From: Octopus vulgaris
Lineage: Eukaryota
Direction: 5' to 3'
Assembly (NCBI GenBank): GCA_951406725.2
Contig: OX597825.1
Coordinates: forward strand, 8,122,001 to 8,186,000
Length of the DNA: 64,000 nucleotides
Numbering within the stretch: the first letter of the stretch is position 1; every line of letters starts with the position of its first letter. Under the pieces are notes generated by a model, which made no database searches, was not told the DNA's origin, and saw only the letters and a program-made list of their open reading frames with translations. A program made the translations under genes and the position numbers. Positions 26,656-39,528 of the stretch are shown piece by piece.

Positions 26656-27575
26656 ATTCTGTAATAAAGAATCCATCGCAGACATCAAGAACTACACATA
26701 CATCAACAAAACCAAAACAACCGTTACGAAACCATGGAAACGTCCTCCACAATGTGACGTATATAAGTGTGTATGTGCAAATGTAGGCGTTTTGTTATAC
26801 AAATACAGACTCTGAAATGGAAATCTCGTTAGAAGTATCAAAATATATTTATAAAGTCGAAAAGAAGGTATTGCTCCGACAATAGTTTTTCGCTTTTAGC
26901 AATGAAGGTGGGTTGTTCAAAAGCACGTCTTTGGCCACGGATACAATTTACAACCATTAACAGCACACGATTAGCCGTTCACATTACTCCAAGTTCCTTA
27001 CGACAATAGCTAATAATTATCAAGAAGAGACGATGCACTTTAGGCTAGTGAAAACTGCTCGTAATAATTAAATTATGTGAGGTGAATAGCAATATATGTA
27101 GGTAGTAGGTTTTTAACGTCCGCTAATATACTGCGATTTTGTTTAAATTGTTGACGCACCGAGAAGAGGAATTCTAATATGCCATAACAAAAGCGCTTCA
27201 CGCAAAAATTATCTAAAGGTTGTAATAAGTTTCCCTTACTGAATAAATAGCTATGAGGAAGTGAATTACTGAAATACATGAAATCATTTGTACGCATCGG
27301 TTACAATTTGCCCGTATTTTTGTAGAAATTTATTACAGAACAGTAGACAGCACGTGTAAATGTTGATATATGTAAAATAATTATTAGGGCATTATGCTAT
27401 AAAGTAACACAGGTGTGAGCATACATAAATATACACGATCTATATACATTGCAATTATAATTACAATAACATCTCTGTATATATATATATTTTTAAAATT
27501 TAGTATAATGATACGAACAAGTCTGTACACATACACACGGATATTTTGTGCGTCCCAAATACATACATACACACA

Positions 27576-27680
<105 letters not shown>

Positions 27681-27696
27681 GTATATATATATATAC

Positions 27697-27727
<31 letters not shown>

Positions 27728-28056
27728 CATACATTCACATATATATATATATAGGAATATATATATATATATGTATGAATATATATTAATTTATATAAAT
27801 AAGGATAAGATCGTTAATTTAAATATCGATCTTATCAATTGGCCAGCATGAGAATAAAAATCTTCAAAGAGGGTAACCAAGAGATACATCCATGCTGGAA
27901 ATAGCAGCCAAAACTTGACTCTAAAACCAAATTTAATGTTCATACAGCTGGTACTGTATGGATAATTTTAACATACATATATTACAATTTTGGTTAGCTG
28001 AAATATGTTTGTCACATATTTCAACTGTTAAAGGCAAATACACTGCAGTTACCGTG

Positions 28057-28340
28057 GAGAAAAAAATCTCTCTTATGGTAAAATGGTGTGAAAATATCCA
28101 ATTCGTTCAATGTTGCCATCCCTCGGGAATCTTAAACATCAATGTTTCGAGTATATAGACTCTTGTCGACGAGATTTATCTAAAATAGGCAAATCCGAAC
28201 GAACTGAATAAACCTTGTAGGATTATGTATAATCCAGCCAGCGCATTGACTGATTTGCGCTACTAGATCGCCCGGGAGAGGGCGACACTGAACGAGCTGG
28301 GTGTTTTCACATCTTTTCAACATCGAGAGAGTTTTCTCTC
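28057..28340. repeat. Diverged inverted repeat (~75-bp arms) with a hammerhead-like fold at 28128-28176 (-)
   Basis: Arms 28057-28131 and 28265-28340; minus strand aatctcg-TCGACAA-gagt/actc-GAAAcattgatGTT-taagatt. Confidence 0.7.
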
Positions 28341-28355
28341 GATATTTTTCTCGAT

Positions 28356-28403
<48 letters not shown>

Positions 28404-28464
28404 AACACACACACACATACACACACACAAACATACACACACACATATATATATATACAAACAT

Positions 28465-28499
<35 letters not shown>

Positions 28500-28504
<5 letters not shown>

Positions 28505-28814
28505 GGCGGGCTTCTTTCAGTTTCCGTCTACCGAATGCACTCACATGGCATTGGTCGGCCTGAAGCTATATAGTCAATGAAAAAATATAGAAAAATTGAA
28601 AAACAAAAACAACAAGCAAGCGTGAGGACGTAGCACAAGCAATGCATTTTAGCAAAGAATTTTAGTCAAGGAAACATACCCCGGTGCTCCATTTTAAGCT
28701 CTGTACTTATTCTATCGGCCTTTGTGCCAAACTCGTAAGTAAGCACACGGATTCGTAAATACTAACACCGGTTTTGTGGCGGTGGTTGGAAAGCGAAGAT
28801 ATATACACACACTA

Positions 28815-28830
<16 letters not shown>
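28500..28830 (-). mobile_element. Two SINE family B fragments
   Basis: 28500-28572 is from the 5' half; 28680-28830 is from the 3' half. Confidence 0.65.
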
Positions 28831-28864
<34 letters not shown>

Positions 28865-30041
28865 ATGTATACATGCATAAAACGTATACATATGCGTATA
28901 AATATACACGTACATATATATATATATATATATTTTATATATATATATGCATAAACATTTATATATAAATATATGTATGTATATGTAGACATATATGTAA
29001 AGACACACATAGATATATTCATAAAAAATTATACTCTTCATCACCCATACATCATAACGTAAGTACAAGAACTTTATATAGTTATTGATTTTCATTTGAA
29101 ATTGTGCAGTGATCAAATTTTCCTATAGAGTCAATCATTTATGTGATAATAATTGTTATATTATTCTAAATAGATAATTGCTAAAAAGTAGGTCAATCTA
29201 TAATAATAGACCAATATTGACTGAAAAACAAAGCAAGAAAAATTACTTTGGTTTGCCTACTTTGATTTTTTAATATCAATTTCTATGTCCCTTTAGATTC
29301 GGTCTGCGATGGTGTTTGTTCTCACACGCCATTGTAAATACGTTGAAATTACATAAAATATTTCGGTTAGAAATGTATAAAAACATAAACGAATGTAAGT
29401 TGAAACAAATCTAAATTTTATTAAACAGTGTAGGTAACTCGGGCTAGATCAATATTTATATAATTCATGATTACTAACCAGAGTCTATGTCAAGCTGTTA
29501 TATATATACATACATATATATATATATATATGGCACTAAACGTGGACGTTAAAAATATCAAGGTTAGTAATATTTTTGAAGTTACAAATTGATTTTCGAA
29601 AATGATTAGCTCGGAAATATTATACTTTTATCTCTCTTTCAAATCACAGCGTATCTCTCTCTGTCTCTCTCACAGCATAGCTTTGAATTTTGTGTGTCAG
29701 GATCAATATTACATCATTTAAGCAGTTAATGATCTAAGACAATACATTACGAATTTCGTTTCTCTCTGTATTTGATATTTCACTGTTGTTTGGACAGAAA
29801 TTAGGCCTTGAAACAAAACCAGTTACAAAAGGGCATGCAACTTAAATATTATAAGTTATATTGTGTACTATATGAATTAGGTTTATGCATGTCGTATCAT
29901 CTATTGGTGAGCTATTGGTTAATAGGTGGTACATTGGTTTGCCACATTTCTGATGGAGAGATATACAAGTCTGTATCAAAAGCTTGCTCTCTTCACTGCC
30001 AATAATTTCATACTTCGTCATTTTGCATTCAAGACAACATA

Positions 30042-30076
<35 letters not shown>

Positions 30077-30690
30077 TTAGTGAAGAATGGCGTATATGAC
30101 ATTACATTTACTCCATGATTTACAAGAGTTTCAACAAACGTATAGAAGTTCAATAGTGTACCATGTGAATAACACTAATTTAATCAAGTGTATTATCGTA
30201 CGAGTATTGCAACATCACCCCGGCAGTCCTCTAATTATAATCAATTGAAGAAATACAATGTATAAAATACATTTCTTATTCCGCTTAAATAGGAAACATT
30301 TTACTTTAGATTAACGAGTGAGTAGCTAAGATCCAAAAAGTCAACAAAAAAAAACGGTTCGGATGATTGTATTCTTTACTGATATAATTACGTATTCAAT
30401 TGTTAATTGGCAGACACAAGACTTCTTATTTAAACTGCCAGCTCGAAGAAGACCAAGGTTTACTGTGAATTACTAGCTATCATTATAGTATCAAGTTATA
30501 TGATTTGCCGAATAGACAAGCTGCAGACACATTGTCTAGTGGATTTGATTCTAAGTGGTGTATTGCCTTGTATGTAGGTAGCATCTATATGCACCGGCAA
30601 TGACAAGGCCATACATACATATATACATACATACATACATACATACATAGATAGATACATACATACACACACATATATATACATACAAAA

Positions 30691-30919
30691 GGCGGCGAGC
30701 TGGCAGAATCGTTTGCACGCCGGGCGAAATGCTTTCCGGTATTTCGTCCGCCGCTGCGTTCTGAGTTCAAATTCCGCCGAGGTCGACTTTGCCTTTCATC
30801 TTTTCGGGGTCGATAAATTAAGTACCAGTTACACACTGGTGTCGTTGTAATCGACTTAATTCGTTTGTCTATCTTTGTTTGTCCCCTCTATGTTTAGCCC
30901 CTTGTGGGTAATAAGAAAA
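30691..30919 (+). mobile_element. SINE family A, full length
   Basis: TSD acatatatatacatacaaa at 30671-30689 and 30920-30938. Confidence 0.93.
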
Positions 30920-30970
30920 ACATATATATACATACAAACACAAACACACTCATATATATATAATATACAT

Positions 30971-31010
<40 letters not shown>

Positions 31011-31084
31011 TAATATATACAAGTGGGACACCATAAATATTCACAGCCGTGTATATGTACATATGAGACAATATACATTGTGAA

Positions 31085-31360
31085 GCACCGAACAAGCAGA
31101 ATGAGACACAATAAGCGTAAAACCTCGAAAGTATGGCTTATCATTAAACCAGATCTATTCAACATCGCTGAATCATGGTATCCAGCAGCAAAGCCATCGT
31201 CGATGGCGGTAGCAATCTAAAGCTCGACCCTTGTAATAGCTTGTCTACCTCGAGCACACTAGACTGCCGAAGAACGTCCATCAACAGCAACAAAGTTCTC
31301 AATGGTAAAAGCAAACTACAGTCACACAAGAAAATCCTAATCTGCTTGAGAATACAAGTG
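31085..31360 (+). pseudogene. Probable RTE-like LINE C-terminal remnant
   Basis: Peptides KPDLFNIAESWYPAA, HRRWR and NKVLNGKSKLQSHKK resemble the RTE C-terminus with its decayed zinc finger. Confidence 0.45.
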
Positions 31361-31480
31361 TGAAATGGAAGCTAAACTAAAGTATAAATAATGAAATCTG
31401 TTTAATTCACCCAAAAAATGTGTCGGTAGATTCGCTACAGTATGTAGAACACAATATATTCAGAGGCTGGCAATTAAAAA

Positions 31481-32206
31481 TCTATTATATAAAATCCGTT
31501 CTGTGTGTCTGTGTGTGTGTCTTCTAGGATCTCGGGCATCCTCCATCCGATTGCGCTCAAATTTGATATGTAGATACCGACGGTATCAGGGCATGTGTAA
31601 GTCTTGAAAAAATTACAAAAATCGATTCCAGGTGAGAAAGCGATCGATAAAGCATATTTGTGTGAATATAATCGTTTTTCTTTGGAATAGAAAAAAGGCT
31701 ACCTTTATTTCTTCTTTTGCTGGTGTCTCAAATTTAGGTTAAATCTGTGTTTCTCATATGAGAGGCCTATGGGACGGTCGGACAAGTTGTTTTGAGAAAA
31801 TTTGGTTTCAGAATTAGAACTCTATATAGTAAAGTATTGGAAAACTATCTAACACCTATTGAATCCGAATCCATGTAAGTGACTCTTGATACGTGTGTCA
31901 GTAATAAAAAGGCAAGCAAATCTATCACAAGGAGCTGGAGCTGCACAAAGAAGACAGGGGTAAACTTTTGGAATCGGAATGCTTTCACTACTTGAAAAAT
32001 AAAATCCTCTTTCTTCCAAGGACTGTATCTCATAGATTATCATCACTATGAAGTGTAACTATGAAAAAAGTAACAAATCTCCAGAAACGATAAAATCGAT
32101 AAAATCGGAAAAAATCTAAAATTTATCCTCTGAAACAAGGAATTGTTGAGAAATTAAAAAAATAAATCCTCGGAGTAGAAAAGGCTAAGTCTGAGTATGC
32201 TGCTAG
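31481..32206 (+). mobile_element. Non-autonomous Helitron (5' end clear, 3' end tentative)
   Basis: A|TCTATTATATAAAA...ctgtgtgtctgtg...ccgattgcgctcaaatttg; candidate 3' end gtatgctgCTAG at 32203-32206. Confidence 0.6.
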
Positions 32207-33560
32207 CTAGGGATCTCAAATAAGTTTATCATAGTTCCAACAAAACGGACACGATATCAATAATTCCACATCTCATTAGCAGAAGAAACTAGAATCTACG
32301 TGAGACGGATAAAAAGAATGATATATTCAGAGAAAAGGTTGAATTTATAAACGTATGAGAACAGGAAATATATTGAACAAAAGTTTCGTTAAATGGAAAG
32401 GGCAGTACAAGAAACATTCCTGAAAAGATACGGAATAGGAAATTTCCAGGTTGGGATAAGGGTTAAAATAACACATCTTCTACTAGCGAGATTTAATGAT
32501 ATTGTATGGAAAGTGTAAGAAGGACACGTTAATCGTTCAACTAAGATAGGGAAAACCCATCAAACTTCTCATCTTCCAAATTAGCAACATCACGAAAGCT
32601 TAAAATTAGTGTCCATTAACGTGCCAAAATATCATAAGATGTACGCTGGCTGCTTATTCTTTAGTACATTGTACTAAGTGTAAAAATGTATTGAGCACAG
32701 ATACTAATTAATAAACGTGATACACGAAAGGATGTTAACGAATCGAAGACTTATCTTGTTTATAGTAACACTGGAGTGCGAAAAAGTTTTTGAAAAAATA
32801 TGACATAGGATATCAAGACACTGCAATTAGCTACATTCGTTCCACCATAAGTAGCTTACATCCGCCACATAACCAAAAGCTGGTGAATTTACTTGCTTCT
32901 TAGATATGGCAAGGATGACATTAAATCTTACATGCTTCTAAAAAGAAATTCTTCATTGCGATAGATTTTCAGTACCACCATTTGTTCTCTCATTAAATCC
33001 CCATCGTACCTGATCACTAAACAAAGTAGCCAAAGAAATGGATCCTGTCACTATTTCATCGATGAACCGAAGGTGTATGGGCCAAGTATCAACCAAGATA
33101 AAAAGTAACTAGATGGCAACCCAGTCCAATAAAAATGATTATCTTTTCATATTCTGTGACTCCCCTTTCATCCATTTCGTCCCTTGTACGCCTTTGTTTT
33201 TCTGACATAAACATGATCACTTCGACCTTTTCATTTTGGAATGTACTTGCGAGATGGCATCATCATTCATCATATTATTTGTACGGAGTTGTGAGAAATT
33301 ATTTCCAACATATGCTATGAAAGAAAATCTAGGTAGCAAAGGAAAATTAAGCAATAGATGCTGGCGCCGTTACAGCATTAAGCAAGATCAGATATATTGA
33401 ATAGTGATGAAACGATCGTAAATGATGTATTAAATCTATTCTTCGATGCTTGTCACTATACATACTCTATAGACATTTTGTAGATTTTCGAATGATTGGA
33501 GTTGTAGCGTGAAAATCTTTCCACGTTTCAATTTTTAGATAACCGATATCTGTAGAAGTG

Positions 33561-33756
33561 TTTACGAAAAAAAAAAAAAAAGACGAAGACAGGTGGTGTA
33601 CAAAACAAACAGATGTATTAGTATAACGTTCAGGAATTGAAAAAAGTCTTTTACGTTTCGAGCCTACACTCATCTACAGAAAGGGACACTGAAAAAACAA
33701 GGAGAGAAACAAGGAGAGAAAAAATGTGTGTAGTGGCTAACGATCTATCATGGCGA
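33561..33756 (-). mobile_element. Short Penelope-like terminal element with a variant hammerhead (33646-33684)
   Basis: TSD ctgtagaag at 33550-58 and 33757-65; minus strand cttt-CTGTAGA-t-gagt/gctc-GAAAcGTA-aaag. Confidence 0.65.
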
Positions 33757-33898
33757 CTGTAGAAGCGCTCCATATGATAAATAACGAGGTTATATTCTCC
33801 AGTTAACTTGCTCTGTCTTCTCCCTGTCTCTCTATCTCACTTTCTCTCTCTCTCTCCGCCCATATCTATATGTGTGAGTGTTTGTATGTATATATGTA

Positions 33899-33945
<47 letters not shown>

Positions 33946-35722
33946 GTATATATACAATATAACCATCCATGCGTATATATCATGGTACGAAATTACCGTA
34001 GGCTTTGCAACAATGCTCAAAAAAACAGAAACTTATTTACATCACAATTCGCTGCGTATTATTTGAATGGGCAGTTTTCCAAAATGATCTTTGTTTTTTT
34101 GCTTTTCTTTTGCTATCCCGTTGTTTGGGTCAGTAATCTTTATTTTTGCATCTTTGACATTTACAAAGAAAAACAAATATCGTGTTGCTGTTTCATGAAT
34201 CAAACGCAACATTTTATATTTATTCATTTATAAAACTTCATCATTTTACACTCAGTGTAATTATTCTTCTTCCTAATTGCTCATGTGTTGATCTTTAATT
34301 TCATAACGGATGCCACTTGATTTCTGAAAGGCTCTGAAAGTATTTATTGATTTATGAAATCACGTTTTACTTGTTATCTCCCTCAGCGTATCAGTCTCAG
34401 CGCCACTTATTGCAGCTGATATTTTACGAGTACTATCTTACTACTATTAATGTAATATTTAATCAATAGGAACAAATTTCCACTCTAGAATCTGTGTTTG
34501 TTTCCAGATATATTAAAAGTTATCTTTTATTGGTGCTATTCTTTCGGAAATAAAATAAAGATTGCGTTATCTATTCCCAATATCCTTTGCATTCAATGTG
34601 TGAAACATCCAATGATATTTGTTTATTTAAACAAAATTACATAAACATATTTATCTGTCATTGCATGTATTCCATATTTCTTGGCAACAACTTCGCTATA
34701 TTGCTGATGGGTCAGCCAAGCTGTCACTGTGGCATCAAGAGCTAACCAAATATATTTCAAAGAATGAAAAATAGAGGAATGAAATTAGCAGTGAATGAAT
34801 CAACATTGATTAAATGCTCATATTCTTGTAAAATTAGATTTATTTCCAAAGATCTATATTTTCGAGGAGGATGTTTAGATGATTGACTGTATCCATAGTT
34901 TCATCCAAGCCAATCCGATTGCCTTATTTTAAAATATCTTTCATTCTGATACTTATAAGCGTAAGAGTTAAAATGGTGGAGAGAGCATATAAAGCCAGAC
35001 GTTTGCGTATTCAACAAATACGAAAAGATAGAAAATTTTTATGGTACGAAATTCATTTTGGTATATGTCAACTGTTTGATTTGGTCATTTCTGTATTATA
35101 TCGTTGTAAGACTTTTCAATATAATATCTGCTTATTTGGTATTTATAATTTGTCATCTATGCAGGAAATGTGAGGACATGATATCTGAGGTTTATAAAAT
35201 ATGCACAGTTTGCAGGTTAAATATTTCAGTAAGTCTCCTGAAATATCTGCATTTCTTTCTAACTTCTAAATTTTAAGATGTCATTATCGCATCAGTTTGA
35301 TATATGGAATAGCTAAGTGAAGGACAACAGGCTTCGTTGTTATAAAATTTTCACAGATTCAGTGTACGTCTCAAGATTAATGTTGGTGTGTTGAATCTTA
35401 CTAAACATTTCTATACACAAAAACAGATTATAACATTCTGTGTGCTAGACATTCAAAAGTATTTGTGCGTGGATGCGTATATTTTGTATTTCTGTGTATG
35501 GTGGTGGTGGTGGTAGGGGTGTTTTCGGTTTCATTTCTTTTCTATTTTTATATTAATCCCTAGGTAAAATAGACAATATTTACCATTTCGGGGCTACTTT
35601 TCCGTGGTATTCCTTCTTTCAGTGATTTTTTATAAAGCAAAACTAAGAGCACCATGCCATTGGGAAATGTATTCTACGATATCATATTCCTATTGTTTCC
35701 GCCTATTTCTACAGCTAATATG

Positions 35723-36135
35723 TTTTAGCAGTATTTTGTCTGTCTTTACATTTTGAGTTGAAATTCCGCTGAGGTCGACTTTGCCTTTCATCTTTACGGA
35801 GCCGATTAAATAGGAAACAGTTATGCACCGAGGGTCGATGTAATCGGTTTAGTCGATTCCCGTACCGGGCTGCGTGTTGTGTTCTTGAGCAAGAGATTTT
35901 ATTTCACGTTGCTCCAGTTATCTCAACTATAGAAATGAGTTGCGACATCACAGGTGCCAAGCTGTATCGACCTTTGCCTTCTTCCTTGGATAACATCAGT
36001 GGTGTGGAGAGGGGAGGCTGGAATGCATGGGCGACTGCTAGCCTTCCACAAACAATCTTTCCCAGACTTGTGCTTCAGAGGGTAACTTTCTAGGTGCAAT
36101 CCCATGGTCAGTGTTGTGACCGAAGGAGCTCTCCT
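35723..36135 (+). mobile_element. SINE A core (35723-35852) joined to SINE D (35853-36135)
   Basis: Family A core ends at gtaatcggtttag; family D continues from tcgattcccgtaccgggc. Confidence 0.8.
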
Positions 36136-36338
36136 CCTCCTATGTTTTAAACTTCTATAAAGTTACTTGGAAATTACCTAAGTAACATATTGCATTGTCG
36201 AAGTATTGGCAGTAACTATTTTCGTTTTTTATTGCCTCGGTAAAGTATGCCATCATTACAGATTTCGCATTAATAAAAGGAGGAATATAATATCGCTCTG
36301 TTTTTTCATCTAGAAAATATAATCACTATTACTCGATT

Positions 36339-36945
36339 AGTACTTTATTTAAAAGCAGCAGAAATATAACAAAAGCTGTTACTCAGAGTTTCATGTTCCC
36401 GCTCGTCGGACAGTTTTGTTAAAACAGAACAGAAATAACGATATGAGCAAAACTAGTTAAAGAATACACCTTTATAAATCAATTTGTGTCACTGGTCCAT
36501 TTTAAAGGTGCATCCTTTAACTAGTTTTGATCATATCGTTATTTTTGTTCTATATTAACCAAACTGGGCGACGAACGGGAACGTGAAACTCCGAGTAACA
36601 GCTTTTGTTATATTTCTGCTGCTTTTAAATAAAGCATATTACTCTACCTCTGGTACTTGGGCCAGCTGGCAGAAACGTTAGCATGCCGGGCAAAATGCTT
36701 AGCTGTATTTCGTCTGCCGTTACGTTGTGAGTTCAAATTCCGCCGAGGTCGACTTTGCCTTTCATCCTGTCGGGTGTCGATAAATTAAGTACCAGTCACG
36801 CACTGGGGTCGATGTAATCGACTTAATACTTATGTCTGTCCTTGTTTGTCCTCTCTGTGTTTAGCTCCTTGTGGGTAGTAAAGAAATAGGTATTTGAATA
36901 CTCTTTTTTCCACCTTGTTTCACATTTTTGTGCTAACTCCGGGTG
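36339..36945. mobile_element. Penelope-like insertion: ~135-bp-arm palindrome (36343-36634) with a hammerhead-like motif in each arm
   Basis: Inverted arms; 10-bp TSD ttactcgatt at 36329-38 and 36946-55; motifs at 36376-36415 (-) and 36561-36602 (+). Confidence 0.8.
36661..36895 (+). mobile_element. SINE family A nested in the palindromic element's tail
   Basis: Near-full copy; flanks ggtacttg and ggtatttg. Confidence 0.92.
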
Positions 36946-37515
36946 TTACTCGATTGATAAACATATGAAATAGATCGATGCTGGAAGGCCTGGACTTGGA
37001 ACTCAGAAAATTTAATGAATTAGAAAACAAAAATGCGACGTATGTTCTATCTCTTTAACACAAATCTAGATTGCACTTTTAGTAATTAGTACTAATTTAG
37101 TTGTCTGATCAGGAGAATCATTTAGTTTACTGTCTTCGCGAATTGGTTTCTGAATTACAAAGAAATATATCTGAGTATTCGCCAACTTTTTTTTATCGAT
37201 GCCTTGTACATTTCAGTGAGTGAACATTAAAATTTGTTTCTTTCATTGGAACTTAGAATTGTTTTCTTCTTTTCAATACTTTGATACAATTATCATTTGA
37301 CTCATTTTCCCCATACATTCATTACAAACTATAAATCTGTAATATCGTTTAATAAGGTAAGGAACAGCTAGAAAATTAGCTTACCAAATTCTAATTAATA
37401 TCTCATAAAACCCACGAGAAAGCTTCAAGAAGCTGAAACACGGGAAGCAGCAGGCTAAGAAAGAAACACATCCTTGTACTATATCAGGAACATCTATGAT
37501 TTTCATGGTTAAAAT

Positions 37516-37731
37516 ATTCTTTTCTACTCTAGGCACAGGGTCCGAAATTTTGGGAGAGGGGGACAGTCGACTAGATCGACTCCAGTACGCAACTGGTACT
37601 TAATTCAACAACCTCGAGAGGATGAAAAGCAAAGTCGACCTCGGCGGAATTTGAACTAGGAACGTAAAGAAAGAGGAAATACTGCAAAGCATTTCGCGTG
37701 GCGTGTTAACATTTCTGCCAGCTCGCCGCCT
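37516..37731 (-). mobile_element. SINE family A subfamily with alternative tail
   Basis: Family A head and core; tail ctctaggcacagggtccgaaattttggg. Confidence 0.88.
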
Positions 37732-37755
37732 TATATTCATTACTGAAATATTAAT

Positions 37756-38050
37756 GGATGGAAGCACTCCGTCGGTTACGACGACCAGGGTTCCGGTTGA
37801 TCTGAATCAACGGAACAGTCTGCTCGTGAAATTAACGTGTAAGTGGCTGAGCACTCCACAGAAACGTGTACCCTTAACGTAGTTCTCGGGGATATTCATC
37901 GTGACACAGAGAGTGACAAGGCCGGCCCTTTGAAACATAGGTACAACAGAAACAGGAAGTAAGAGTGAGAGAAAGTTGTGGTGAAAGAGTACAGCAGGGA
38001 TCCTATGACCGCGAGTCTGCTGCCCTAACCACTGGGCCATTGCGCCTCCT
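37756..38050 (-). mobile_element. SINE family C (internal deletion)
   Basis: A box TGGCCCAGTGG; TSD tgaaatattaat at 37744-55 and 38051-62. Confidence 0.9.
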
Positions 38051-38817
38051 TGAAATATTAATAATGATCGATAGATAACTGTCACTGATTAAAGCATTCA
38101 ATCGTTAACATGTACTTGGTATTCCTCACTTCGGAAGGCGCAACGCAGACACTCAACCTGTTAGATACTTCAACGAATGCCTCACCGTATTCTGCGAGTC
38201 CACTCTTCAAAGGTGCAACAATTTGCTGGGTAAGAAGTTATCGCATCACTTATGGGATAACCGAAAAATTTAGAAAATACAAGGCGGCAGGTAGGACGTT
38301 CCTTACTCGGTACACAGGAATGATCGCCACACGTTCAAAGATCGCTAGAGAATGAGGACGGTTTTAATTTGAAGAAAACATGCCCTGTGTAATTCAGTAT
38401 AGCACATCACGTTACTCTAAGTTTGAAATATTGACACAGCTGACACTAATGAGCAATGTTTAGAAATAATCCAGTAAAAGCATGCGACTAACACTGTCGA
38501 ATATATCAACGAAACCCTAGAAGTGTCGATGTGTTCTCCATTTCCATGCTTAACGCTGTGAATATAAACTGAAAAGCTTCACACATGAAATGAAATAACT
38601 TCTCAAATATAAATCTTAAAACTTCTGCAGTGAGATAATACCTGCATTTGAAATATGTTTATTGCGTTAAGAAGTTTATCGAAACACGCAACACTAGAAT
38701 TTCAATACAACGAGAGAAATAGAACAGAAAACAACCACCACATAAAATTTTACGGGAACCAGATGAAGCAGAATCTGTAATAAAAAGACATTTAAGAACA
38801 TTTAAGAACATGCATCT

Positions 38818-39250
38818 GGAGGAAAATGGCCTAGTGGTTAGAGCAGCGGGCTCGCGGCTAGGGAGCATTGGTTTGAATCTCAGACCGCGTTATATGTGTG
38901 TTGTGTGTTTATGAGTGAAACGCCTAAGCTCCACGCGGCTCCGGCAGAAGGTAATGACAAACTTCGTATACACACACACACACGCGCACACACACACAAA
39001 CACACGCACACACACATATATATATATATATATACATATATATGTGTATATATGTATATGTTTGTGTCTGCATTCATCACCCCAACATCGCTCGACAACA
39101 GATGCTAGTGTGTCTACGTCGCCGTAACTTAGCGGTTCGGCAAAACACACCGATAGAATAAGTACTGGGCTTATAAAGTCCTGGGGTCGATTTGTTCGAC
39201 TAAAGGCGATGCCCGAGCATGGCCGTTGTCAAATATCTGAAACAAATAAA
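38818..39250 (+). mobile_element. Chimeric SINE: family C-like head plus family B tail
   Basis: tggcctagtggttagagcagcggg...taagctccacg head, CA/TA tract, then family B 3' half; flanks aagaacatgcat and aagaatatgcat. Confidence 0.8.
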
Positions 39251-39276
39251 AGAATATGCATATAAATATATATATA

Positions 39277-39331
<55 letters not shown>

Positions 39332-39425
39332 TATATATTAAACGAATATATACATACACATATATATATATAAATAAATATGAATAAATATAAATATATG
39401 TATATGTACATATATATACATATAC

Positions 39426-39457
<32 letters not shown>

Positions 39458-39473
39458 GTATATATATCTGTGT

Positions 39474-39528
<55 letters not shown>

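Noticed and set aside
27099-27112. let-7-like AGGTAGTAGGTT
   Set aside because: Partial match only, with no precursor hairpin.
31344-31357. miR-137-like TGCTTGAGAATACA
   Set aside because: Seed mismatched, no 5p arm, and it lies in a probable LINE remnant.
38110-38355. Minus-strand CDNFL..NTVR, reminiscent of piggyBac transposase
   Set aside because: Motifs too short and spacing wrong; cannot be supported without a search.
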